In this document: positions 49,941 to 61,627 of the stretch, piece by piece
How the letters are laid out: every line of letters starts with the position of its first letter
Numbering within the stretch: the first letter of the stretch is position 1
Assembly: GCF_006345805.1 (NCBI RefSeq)
Contig: NC_043022.1
Location: forward strand, 3,162,001 to 3,226,000
DNA length: 64,000 bases
Direction: 5' to 3'
From: Octopus sinensis
Taxonomy: Eukaryota
Program-made: the position numbers and the translations under genes
Notes under the pieces: model-generated
The model's input: the letters and a program-made list of their open reading frames with translations, nothing else
The model's database searches: none
What the model was told of the DNA's origin: nothing

Positions 49941-50312
49941 TCTCTCTCTATATAAACGGCAGTTTGTCTGTCTGCGTGTATGTGTGTCTGTTAGGTTGTA
50001 CCCTCACCCTGACCACGGCTTTCAACCGATTCTGATGAAACTTGACACACACATAGCCCAATGTCATAAGTCAAAACTAACGCAGCGAAAATTTTGAAAA
50101 GTTCCCCCAGTTCTGAAAAAAATCGATAAATTCGACATGGGGTCGAGAATTAGAAACACAAACCACAGACTGTCTAGGGGACGCAATTCGACCTTTTTAA
50201 GTCTCAAAAAAAATTTACCATCATTTTTTTCCCATTTTTTGGCTATAACTCTCTAAAAATGCTTTATAGTTATTTCCCTTACAAACCGAGCAACGCCGGG
50301 TGATACTGCTAG
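49941..50312 (+). mobile_element. Non-autonomous Helitron, N1 5' half and N3 3' end
   Basis: A|TC ... CCGAGCAACGCCGGGTGATACTGCTAG|T. Confidence 0.9.
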
Positions 50313-50577
50313 TTTGTTTATAAGAGATCAGATGTATGTGTCGCACATTAGCTCACTTTCTCCATCAAATTGACGTTGGCTGGACAAGTGTACCGTGTCC
50401 TGGATATCAGGTGTCGAAGTGATCGCATAGTAACGTGAGATGAAGTGTTCTGTTATGCACGTGATCCAATGGTTCGTGGAAGAATTGTCATGCATGAAAC
50501 CGCCTCCTGGATGTGAATGGAATCGGTATCTTCCACGTTAACTCGCCTGCAGGTTAACAGTGGTAATTTTGATGATA

Positions 50578-51110
50578 ATGCTTAGCGGTATTTCGTCTGT
50601 CTTTACGTTCTGAGTTCAAATTCCACCGAGGTCGACTTTGCCATTAATCCTTTCGGGGTCGATAAAACAAGTACCAGTTACGCACTGGGGTCGATATAAT
50701 CGACTTAATCCGTTTGTCTGTCCTTGTTTGTCCCCTCTGTGTTTAGCCCCTTGTGGGTAGTAAAGAAATAGGTATTTCGTCCATCTTTACGTTCTGAGTT
50801 CAAATTCCACTGAGGTCGACTTTGCCTTTCATCCTTTCGGGGTCGATTGAATAAGTACCAGTTACGCACTGGGATCGATATAATCGACTTAATCGGTTTG
50901 TTTGTCCTCTCTGTGTTTAGCCCCTTGTGGGTAGTAAAGAAATGGGTATTTCGTCTGCTGCTACGTTCTGAGTTCAAATTCTTCCAAGGTTGACTTTGCC
51001 GTTCATCCTTTCGAGGTTGATAAAATAAGTACCAGTTGAGTACTTGGATCGATGTAATCGACTTATCCCCTCCCCTGAAGCTGCTGGCCTTGTGCCAAAA
51101 TCCGAAACCT
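50578..51110 (+). mobile_element. SINE-B trimer (two B1 bodies and one B2-tailed body)
   Basis: GGTATTTCGTC junctions near 50770 and 50945. Confidence 0.85.
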
Positions 51111-51235
51111 ATCTAGCTGATGATGGGAGTGTCAAGATGGCTACTCATTGTATGAGGTGATGACGTGTCAATAGCACGTGACCTCGATATGGATATTAAA
51201 GCTATTTATCTAATTTTGAACAAGCAACCCAGATA

Positions 51236-51270
<35 letters not shown>

Positions 51271-51369
51271 TAGAGAAACACTCACCATGCAACTGCTGTG
51301 CAAACAACTATAATTAGGTTGGTGGTGGTAGTGGCGGTGTCGTATCAATGGTTGTGGTGGGGGAGGTTG

Positions 51370-51985
51370 TATGAGTGGTAGCATAGTTGTAAAGGTGGTT
51401 TCTGCAGTAATTATGTGGTAGTAGAAATGATTGTAGCAATGGTTGTTGCTGTGGTGGTGGTGGTTTTAATAATAATGGTGGAGGTTGTAGTAACCGTGTA
51501 GTGGTAGAGGTACTGGTTGTAGTAAATCTTAGTATTGCAGAAGTGATGTGGTGGCTCTAATGCGGACTGGTTATAGGTGTAATTTTGGCTATAACGACAC
51601 TTGTAGTAATAAAGCTGCTGTTTTTGTAGTATTAGTAGTAGTAGTAATGGTAGCGGTAGTAGTACTTGTAGTGGTTGTTATTGTGGTGGTGATGGTTGTA
51701 GTAGTTGTAACAGTGGTGGCAGTGGTAATGATAGTGGTAGTAGTAACAGTGATGAAGGTAATAGTAATGTTCGTAGTAGTAGTAATAGGAGGAGGAGGAG
51801 TAGCGGTGGTGGCGATGTAGTGTTGTGGTAAGTGTGGTGGTAGTAGTACTTGTAGTAGTGGTGGTGATAGTAGTACTTGTCAAGGTGATGGTTGTTATTG
51901 TGATGGTGGTGGTGGTGGTGGTAGTAGTACTTGTCGAGGTGATGGTGGTGGTGTAGTAGTAGTAGTAGTGATGACAGCAGTATCG
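51370..51985. repeat. (GTA/GTG/GTT)n low-complexity tract
   Basis: Directly visible. Confidence 0.9.
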
Positions 51986-52377
51986 ATAATGTCAATATTC
52001 ACCATGAACGACAATAATCAGGAACCCTTTTATTTGCTAAAAAAAATAGTATGAAATCCATTTTCTGTGAGGAGCATGGAATATCGATTAAATCGATCCA
52101 AATAGAATATTGATTTCTAATTTCCTTGCAAGGTCACATGTTTTGGAAGAAGACAAGGGACTGGTACTTTATTTTACAAATAATAATTAAGCTAAAATAA
52201 TAATGAGAGCGGAGAGGTTCTTACAATGAGAGAAAGGGAAGTAACCTTTATATTTCGAGCAGAAACGCCCATCATCAGGAGAGAACGGCTTAAAGAAACA
52301 TAAGTTTATGTACAAGCTGCCATGATGATTGTCGGTTGTCTGCCGCAGTGCTCCGAAGAACTACAATTCTCTCCAAT

Positions 52378-52768
52378 GGATGGAATGGAAGCACTCCGTC
52401 GGTTACGATGACAAGGGTTCCGGTTGATCCGATCAACGGAACAGCCTGCTCGTGAAATTAACGTGTAAGTGGCTGAGCACTCCACGGACACGTGTACCCT
52501 TAACGTAGTTCTCGGGGATATTCAGCGTGACACAGAGAGTGACAAGGCTGGCCCTTTGAAATACAGGTACAACAGAAACAGGAAGTAAGAGTGAGAGAAA
52601 GTTGTGCTGAAAGAGTACAGCAGGGTTCACCACCATCCCTGCCAGAGCCTCGTGGAGCTTTAGGTGTTTTCGCTCAATAAACACTCACAACGCCCGGTCT
52701 GGGAATCGAAACCGCGATCCTACGACCGTGAGTCCGCTGCCCTAACCACTGGGCCATTGCGCCTCCAC
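52378..52768 (-). mobile_element. SINE-C, full length
   Basis: TSD TCTCCAAT; (TCCAT)-like tail. Confidence 0.92.
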
Positions 52769-53159
52769 TCTCCAATAATAAACTAGATTAACACTAACAC
52801 TTTTCTCCTTTCGGCGAGATCCGATCCCAAAACAGAGAGCTACCGAACCCATAATACTACTCTACCGTCTCAGCCATACTCACACACATACACACAAATC
52901 TAATAAATGTTATTTGCATTAGGTTAAATGGCTACAGATAATAGAGGCTTCTAATTAGATGAATACTCTAGAATCTAAGGTGGGCAATCTTTTTGAGAGT
53001 TCGTGCCAAAACTGGCAAAATCTCTGACACAAAATTCTTCCACGTGCCAACCAAATTTTTTCGAGAACATATTAGGCTACTTGATATCTCTTAAAGTGTC
53101 TCTTAAGAACTTTTTTAATAAATGCTAAAAAAATCACCATAGAGTAGTAAAACACAGTA

Positions 53160-53637
53160 CCGTAAATCCTCGAGTATAATTCGCATTTTCCCCCCAAAAT
53201 TTAGAGGTCAAAATCCCTAGGTTAAAAATGAAAATTATTTTCTAAGCAATGTCCGAGTCTCTATTTGTTGTCCGGCAATGTTTATTCAGACGCATTTTGT
53301 GATGTCGGGTGTGAAAATACCTTAAGCTAAGCCTGAAAGCAATGAAGTCATAAAAGAATCATCCATAACTTGCAGTAAGCAACATTTAGTAAACGTTATT
53401 ACTGTTATTTCTTTATTTTCTGCAAACAAAATGCACAAAAAAGCTACACGTTTGCATTATGTTATATATACAATAATTATAAAGGACATTACCCTATACA
53501 GTTTTACAAACCAAGGACGTTATATAGACCTCATTGGCTCAAGTTAGAGAAGGGATGCGTATTATACACAAGGTTTAGGTTTTTCAGAGGTACAGCCCCC
53601 TAAAAATCCCCTGCGTATTATACACGAGGATGTACGG
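53160..53637. mobile_element. Tc1/mariner (pogo/Tigger-like) MITE
   Basis: TA|CCGTAAATCCTCGAGTATAA ... TTATACACGAGGATGTACGG|TA. Confidence 0.85.
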
Positions 53638-54097
53638 TATATAATGATGGAAAATGTATTCACCTTCAAAGTTATATCTAAACAACAATGAACCTTTGCT
53701 ACTTTCAGTAATCTAGGGCCGAGATTATTACTGGTATTTATGCTGAAGGAAGAAAGCCCAAGTTGACCCCGGCGAGACTTGAGCTCAGAATTCTTAAGGG
53801 CAAGAATAAACACCACGAGGTTATTTAATCCACCCCTCTTCAAATATATATTGCCATATGAGGGACCTGGCTTTTGTGTCAGTTCTCGATGTCTGCCTTT
53901 TCGGGTTCTGTTGCTGAAGAGGAGACAACTACCTCAGAAATGCATGCATCCAACAATCTGGTTAGGGAATGCTGTCAACTGATTTGGTGTATTTACACCT
54001 ATTTGTCTACAGCAAGAAATTTTTTCCATTACGAAATGCAGTGGATGGCTTTCTTACGGGTTCGAATAAGCCTCAAGCATATTTGAACTGGTAACGA

Positions 54098-54124
<27 letters not shown>

Positions 54125-54136
<12 letters not shown>

Positions 54137-54340
54137 ATCCAAACAAGAAAACACAAAAAACACAGCAACGTGAGGACGTGGAACAAATAAAGTATTATTG
54201 GGCGCTCAGGAAGGAAGGGAAGAAGGAGGGTTTAACGTTTCGATCGGAGCTCTTCGTCGGAAACAAAGGAGAAGGAAAGATCCCGAGAAGGGAAGACAGA
54301 GGAAAAAAAATTGCTGGCGGTGCTCAGAAAGTCGTTGTGG
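54125..54340 (-). mobile_element. Penelope-like non-coding remnant
   Basis: Hammerhead-like CCGACGAAGAGC..GAAACGT on -; assignment is inference. Confidence 0.45.
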
Positions 54341-55078
54341 TGGGAGGGAGTAATTGGTGGGTGGGTTGAGTGATTGATTGATAGGCTGTTGAATGATTGA
54401 GTGATGGATTGATAGATGGTTTGACTAATCAATTCTTTGATTGATAGATGTGTTGGTTGACGGGCTAATCAATTGAATAAATGATTGATGGCCCGTGTGT
54501 TCGTTCACTCAAAAAGAATATTACCTCCTACACATACGCGCGCCTGTGCACGTGTGTGTGTATTCGTCTTTGTCAATATACACATATAGAAAAAGACAAA
54601 GAAAGTAGAGAGAAAAAGAAGCAAAGGAAAATAGAAAGACAGAGAGAAAAAGAGAGAACGAAAGAAAGAATTTGCATCGTTCTTGCACCATTGCTAAAAC
54701 AACCCAGACATTTAGGGTTATGGGGGGAGTGAGCGAGTGGTGTGATGGCAAGAGTGCCGTAGAAAAGGGACCACCGGTGTCTTTGACAGCAACAAAGGTC
54801 GCTGCAGTATCACAGATGATACAATAACAATAATGTCAACAACATTTGCCCAACTTTCAGGTTTGTGGATTTGCACTAAATGACTCTCAAAGGCTGGGTA
54901 ACTCAAAGTCACTGTGGTCTCGACACACACAAACAAGCAGACAGTCTCTCTCTCTCTATCTCACTCATGAAAAGGTTTAGTATAAACAATATGATTTGAA
55001 TTTTCTGTTAAAAAAAATATACAGATTTATCTTTCCTTTAAGTATGGTAAATACATGTATGTGTATGTATGTACACAC

Positions 55079-55432
55079 GTGGAGGCGCAATGGCCCAGTG
55101 GTTAGGGCAGCGGACTCGCGGTCGTAGGATCGCGGTTTCGATTCCCAGACCGGGTGTTGTGAGTGTTTATTGAGCGAAAACACCTAAAGATCCACGATGC
55201 TCCGGCAGGGATGGTGGTGATCCCTGCTGTACTCTTTCACCACAACTTTCTCTCACTCTTACTTCCTGTTTCTGCTGTGCCTGTATTTCAAAGGGCCGGC
55301 CTTGTCACTCTCTGCGTTAAGGGTACACGTGTCTGGAGTGCTCAGCCACTTACACGTTAATTTCACGAGCAGGCTGTTCCGTTGATCGGATCAACCGGAA
55401 CCCTCGTCGTCGGAACCGACGGAGTGCTTCCA
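55079..55432 (+). mobile_element. SINE-C with internal deletion
   Basis: Flanks ATGTACACAC / ATGTACCCAC (imperfect TSD). Confidence 0.9.
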
Positions 55433-55772
55433 TCATGTACCCACACACACATATATATATATATAATTTAATTCAAGTCATCGTGGTGAGAGGGAGTAAT
55501 TGGTGGGTAGATTGGTTGATGGATGGTTTGACTATTCAATTATTCGATGTATGTATAATGTGTACATGAATATATTATGTTTTAGAATGTTTTTTTTTGC
55601 CTTTGAGAAATTTTAAGGCATAAAAAGGGAACATTTACGGATGGGTTAGTGGGAAAAGCTCGAAGCTAAAAGTTGTCATATTTATTTTAAAATATAGGGT
55701 GTTCAAGAAGTCTCTCCTCAGTAAGTATTTTATTGCAAAATAATAATTTATAAGATGGTATAAGACTACTAA

Positions 55773-56004
55773 GGCGGCGAGCTGGCAGAAACGTTAGCAC
55801 GCCGGGCGAAATGCTTAGCGGTATTTCGTCTGCCGTTACGTTCTGAGTTCAAATTCCGCCGAGGTCGACTTTGCCTTTCATCCTTTAGGGGTCGATTAAA
55901 TAAGTACCAGTTATGCACTGGGGGTCGATGTAATCGACTTAATACCTATGTCTGTCCTTGTTTCTCCCCTCTATGTTTAGCCCCTTGTGGGTAATAAAGA
56001 AATA
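55773..56004 (+). mobile_element. SINE-B monomer with 16-bp TSD
   Basis: GGTATAAGACTACTAA (55757-55772) / GGTATAAGAGTACTAA (56005-56020). Confidence 0.93.
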
Positions 56005-56539
56005 GGTATAAGAGTACTAAAGAATATATAAGACTTTACAAGAGTTTAAAAAACTTTGTAAGGGGTTTTGAAGGTGTCATCTTTCATTTTCAACATTTTA
56101 CTGCCGCGTGAGCACTTCATAAGGCTGATTTCCGTTTCCTGTGACAATTTGCATAAGGACATTCATAGCGGAGAGACTTTTTGAACACCTTTTGACTGAG
56201 GCTTTTAGTTTCACTTTCGTTTTCCTTTTGACGGAGGCTTTCATTTTCACCTGACGGCTCAACCAACCTGAAGCCGCAAGGCGAAAATTTTCTTTTTCTT
56301 CAATCATTATTGTTAGTAGTATCCAATTTAAACACGAGGTCGGCAACTTTGAAGGGATGGTGTCAGTCGATTCCATCGGCCCCAGCACTTGACTGGTATT
56401 TTGTTTTATCGACGCTGAAAAGTAAAGTTGACCACGGTGGGATTTGAACTCAGACCGCAAAAAGTCACAACAAATACTATAAAACATTTTTTCCGACGCG
56501 CTAACGATTTTATCAATCCATCAATCGATAATAATAATA

Positions 56540-57117
56540 ATCCTTTCTACTAAAGGCACAATGCTTGAAATTTGGTGGGAGGAGACTTGTCGATTACATC
56601 GACCCCAGTATGCAACTGGTACTTAATTTATTGACCCCGAAAGGATGAAAGGCAAAGTCGACCTTGGCGGAATTTGAACTCAGCACATGGAGACAGACGA
56701 AATACCTATTTCTTTATTACCCACAAGGGGCTAAACACAGAGGAGACAAACAAGGACAGACAGATGGATTAAGTCGATTACATCGACCCCAGTGCGTAAC
56801 TGGTACTTAATTTATCGACCCGAAAGGATGAAAGACAAAGTCGACCTCGGCGGAATTTGAACTCAGAACGTAACGACAGACGAAATACCTATTTCTTTAC
56901 TACCCACAAGGGGCTAAACACAGAGGAGACAAACAAGGACAGACAGATGGATTAAGTCGATTACATCGACCCCAGTGCGTAACTGGTACTTAATTTATTG
57001 ACCCAAAAGGATGAAAGACAAAGTCGACCTCGGCGGAATTTGAACTCAGAACGTAACGGCAGACGAAATACCACTAAGCATTTCGCTCGGCGTGCTAACA
57101 ATTCTGCCAGCTCGCTG
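56540..57117 (-). mobile_element. SINE-B trimer (head, B1, B1, B2-tailed body)
   Basis: GAAATACCTATTTC junctions near 56700 and 56884. Confidence 0.88.
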
Positions 57118-57464
57118 CATGAATGGTATTAATTATTATTTATTATTATAATTGTTTGGGCAAGAGATTAGTTTATTAAAATCGATCTCAGTACGTGATT
57201 GGTACTTTGTTATCGATCTCGAAAGGATGAGAGGCCAACTTAACCTCCGTAAGGATTTGATCTCCCGGAAGTAAATAACTGAAAACATTTAACCCGATGC
57301 TCTGCCGGTTCAAACCATTATTTGAATTCCTTTGTTTTTATCTTAAGAACCAAATCTCGTCTCATGCCTATGCGAAGCATCCTTAGAGCATCAACCAAAA
57401 TCTCCTGCAGTAGTTAGAGACGACCCTTTTTCGTCCTGGGTCCGTGAAAAAAAAAGGCGTAAAC

Positions 57465-57835
57465 ATGGCTGTGTGGTAAGAAGGTTGCTTCAAAGCCTCA
57501 TGGTTCCGGGTTCAGTCTCATTGAGTGGCCCCTTGAGCAAGTCTCTTCTACAATAGCCTCGGGCTGACCAAAGCCTTATGATTGAATGTGAAAGACGGAA
57601 ACTGAAAGAAGCCCGTCGTAAATATATGTATGTGTGTGTGTCCCCCACCACCGCTTGACAACTGGTGCTGCTGTGTTTACGTCCCCGTAACTTAACAGTT
57701 CGGCAAAAGGCACCGATAGAATAAGTACCAGACTTCAAAAAATGATAATAAATAATGGGGTAAATTCGTTCGACTAAATTTCTTCAAGGCGGTGCCCCAG
57801 CATGGCCGCAGTCTAATGATTGAAGTAAATAAAAG
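57465..57835 (+). mobile_element. Old SINE-A
   Basis: Diverged full copy. Confidence 0.75.
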
Positions 57836-57913
57836 ACCAGAAATGAATTAAAATTTGTCGTTTATCATTGAGGAGTCGATAAAATAAATTAGCAATCAGC
57901 TACAAGTGATGAT

Positions 57914-58500
57914 TTAACCTCTTAACATATTATCCCGTATATTTTCGTTCAGGGATGTCTAATAAATATATATTTGAACGAAACTATACGTTCGCTGTAC
58001 TCTTGAGGTATCCATCACTTCTTTCTAACCCAAAATACTTCATTCATCATGTTATTCCCGTTTTCTAACATTAACTATCAATAACTTAATACTTCGGTTA
58101 AGCATTTTGGCAAAACCAAGGCATGTTTAACCCCTTAACATATCATCCCATATATTTTCGTTCAGGGATGTCTAACAAATATATATTTGAACGAAACTAT
58201 ACGTTCACTGTACTCTTGAGGTATCCATCACTTCTTTCTAACCCAAAATACTTCATTCATCATGTTATTCCCGTTTTCTAACATTAACTATCAATAACTT
58301 AATACTTCGGTTAAGCATTTTGGCAAAACCAAGGCATGTCTAACCCCTTAACATATCATCCCATATATTTTCGTTTAGGGATGTCTAACAAATATATATT
58401 TGAACGAAACTATACGTTCACTGTACTCTTGAGGTATCCATCTCTTCTTTCTAACCCAAAATACTTCGTTCATCATTTTATTCCCGTTTTCTATCATTAA
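57914..58500 (+). repeat. About 2.7 x 213-bp tandem repeat
   Basis: Units start at 57914, 58127 and 58340. Confidence 0.95.
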
Positions 58501-58611
58501 CTACCATTAATTATCATTTCTATCAGTAACTTCATCATAAATCATAACTGATCCAAATTAATTTGTGTACTTATTCTTCCTTATTTACAAATACAAAATA
58601 AATGATAATAA

Positions 58612-59050
58612 GGATCTTTTCGATTTGACCGGCAGTTTTTTTAAAAATAATTTCCACGTAACTAAACACTTTTAAACTTCGTATACTGGTAGAATGTGTT
58701 TATAAAACATCTTCTTCTCTTGGCTTTATTGAGAAAATTCTATAGTTTGTAAGATATTTGTTGTTGTCTTTCTTCTTCAATTTCTGCAATTTCAATCAAT
58801 CAATGACGTCTATTGAGGTAAAAAAAAAAAAAGCATTCTGTACCGTATGAATATGTCCCTCGTTTAAGAAACAGATTGGGTTTATTTACATTTGTGAAGA
58901 AAAAAATATACCCTTCCCCCACCCCTAACCCTAACTAACCCTAGCCCTAAAACAGATTGAAATGCAATAGATCGATACTAGGGTCATAATTATGGGTGAC
59001 AATTTCATATGACACTGCTAGGAAAACTGCCGTTCAAACCGAAAAGATCC
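58612..59050 (+). mobile_element. MITE-M, full length (no clean TSD)
   Basis: Both TIRs present. Confidence 0.9.
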
Positions 59051-59433
59051 CCAAATAAATAATAATATAAATTTTTTACAGGGAAATTTAAAAAAAAAAA
59101 TCTATGTTATGAGGTTAATATTTCAATAAAACACCCTCGATGTGAACGAAATTATAAAATGGCGATAGCAATGGCGACATCTTTCTCTTCTTGCCTCTCT
59201 CTCCCTCTATTAATATCTTCATTGTTTCTTTTATGTAAATATATTGTTTAGCGTTTCCAGAGTTCGTTTCTATATCTTTTATTGACCCTTCTTCTCCTTT
59301 TCTTTTCTGTATCTCTTTCTGGTTATTATTATTTATCTGGCCAAAAACATATCAATATTTATTCATTTTCTCTTTACTCTATGCCACACTCACTAAACCC
59401 GCCTTTCTGTGGTTTTATTTCCACGCAGTAAAT

Positions 59434-59822
59434 GGATGGAAGCACTCCGTCGGTTACGACGACGAGGGTTCCGGTTGATCCGAATCAACGGAACAGCCTG
59501 CTCGTGAAATTAACGTGTAAGTGACCGAGTACTCCACAGACACGTGTACCCTTAACGTAGTTCTCGGGGATATTCAGCGTGACACAGAGAGTGACAAGGC
59601 CGGCCCCTTGAAATACAAGTACAACAGAAACAGGAAGTAAGAGTGAGAGAAAGTTGTGGTGAAAGAGTACAGCAGGGATCAACACCATCCCCTGCCGGAG
59701 CCTTGTGGAGCTTTTAGGTGTTTTCGCTCAATAAACACTCACAACGCCCGGTCTGGGAATCGAAACCGCGATCCTATGACTGCGAGTCCGCTGCCCTAAC
59801 CACTGGGCCATTGCGCCTCCAC
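59434..59822 (-). mobile_element. SINE-C, full length
   Basis: TSD ACGCAGTAAAT at 59423-59433 and 59823-59833. Confidence 0.93.
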
Positions 59823-59932
59823 ACGCAGTAAATAATGTTAGGGTGTTTTGGAAACTCCATGTCCACTTTTATAGAGAAGACTGCTGATGATGATGATGTG
59901 GTTGTCGTTGTTGTCACAATAGTAGTTGTGTG

Positions 59933-60225
59933 AAAGTGCATGGCTTGGTGGTCAGGGTTTCGAATCACAGCGGTGCGTTGTGTCCTTGAGCAAGACACTT
60001 TATTTCACGTTGCTCCAGTTCACTCAGCTGCAAAAAAAATTGTGCTTATAATTCAAAGGAACCAGCCTTACAACATTCTGTGTCACACTGGATACCCCTG
60101 AGATCGGCATTAAGGGTATACGTGTCTGTGGGGTACTCAGCCACTTGCACGTTAATTTCACGAAGCAGGCTGTTCTGTTGATCGAATCAACTGGAACACT
60201 CATCGTCGTAACCGACGGAGTGCCA
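59933..60225 (+). mobile_element. SINE-G
   Basis: tRNA head, CORE-like domain, C-type tail. Confidence 0.8.
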
Positions 60226-60254
60226 CCCTTTATTTTTTTTTTCTTTTGTGAAGG

Positions 60255-60580
60255 TACATGACTTAGGGGTTAGGGTATTTTGGCTGACGATCGCAAGGTC
60301 GCCAGTTCGATACCCGGCAACGTGTTGCGTCCTTGAGCAAGACACTTTGTTTTACGTTGCTCCCGTCCACTCATCTGGTAAAAATTAAGTTGTACCTGTA
60401 ATTCAAACGGGTCAGCCTTGTCACATTCTGTGTCACGCAAAGTCTCCCTGAGAGAACTACGTTAAGGGTACACGTGTCTGTGGAGTTCTCAGCCACTTGC
60501 ACGTTAATTTCACGAGCAGGCTGTTCTGTTGATCGGATCATCTGGAACACTCTTCGTCGTCACCGACGGAGAACCACTTT
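60255..60580 (+). mobile_element. SINE-G, adjacent copy
   Basis: Same architecture, diverged. Confidence 0.8.
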
Positions 60581-60949
60581 GAAATGAAGGATGATGATAA
60601 TGTCATCGTCGTCGTCGTGGTAGTCAAAGTTATTGCCATCGCTTCTAATTAGCTCCAAGTCGGATCTGATCGAGCAGACCTATAACCAAAGGCATTCCAA
60701 CCGTGGCTGTCCCCTCTAACTATATTTAGGGTCGCGTTATTTAGCATGTCCCTTCTTTTTATGTTAAAAACATTAAGGTGTATGAACTGACGGAGATTTG
60801 GTTGCTATTCTCAGCAAGTCGATCAGCTTCCTGGGTGTCTTCATCTTGACACGATTAAGCATTCGTGTAAATCTTAGAAGTGGCGTAGTTTTGACTAAAT
60901 TAATCCTTGTCTTTGAAATGACTTTTGTGTGTATGAGACACTCAGAACG

Positions 60950-61100
60950 GAGCAGCAAACTAATTTGAACCCTGAACGTAAAGACAGACGAAATACCTAT
61001 TTCTTTACTGCCCACAAGGGGCTAAACACAGATGGGACAAACAAGGACAGACAAACGGATTAAGTCGATTATATCGACCCCAGTGCGAAACTGGTACTTT
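60950..61100 (-). mobile_element. SINE-B fragment spanning a body junction
   Basis: GACGAAATACCTATTTCTTTAC. Confidence 0.75.
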
Positions 61101-61627
61101 TGCATGCAAGTGTATGGGGGTCATCAGGAGAGAATGCGCGCCGTTTCGGGGCCTACCTCTCGACGGCATCAATGTGCACCGGCCCCCCTCACTGATATGC
61201 GGCCCCGCTTTCTAGATCAGCTGATTATGAAGTTAAACTCAATATCCTTCTAGCCATCGTTCATCGTCTCTTTTTAACCAAATCCAGTGGCTAGCCTTCT
61301 CCACTGTAGATTGGATATCAGTCATGGTGGTATTGACTTTACGATGAGTTAGGCCTAGCGATAACAACAGTCGTCTCACACATAAGTTTGTCGTGAACGT
61401 CCATGCTTATTTTCAAAATTAGAATTATCCATTATTTCGTACGTTTTGAATAATATAAGCACCAAGTGAGTCTGAAGCTTGAAAAAACTTTAGAATGTGT
61501 TTCATATATGATGCATGGTCGCCAGGGAAGTATCTCCTGTGTATCACATGTAATACACAGGACCTCGAGAGGTTAAGACCCTTACACTAAGATACATCAT
61601 AACTTCGTCTTAACCATATTTTTATAT

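Noticed and set aside
51240-51270. Poly-Q stretch in ORF 51202-51384
   Set aside because: Short (GTT/GCT)n repeat with no other coding signal
61140-61168. Another hammerhead-like string (GAGG-TAGG-CCCC-GAAACG on -)
   Set aside because: No CUGANGA core and weak stem
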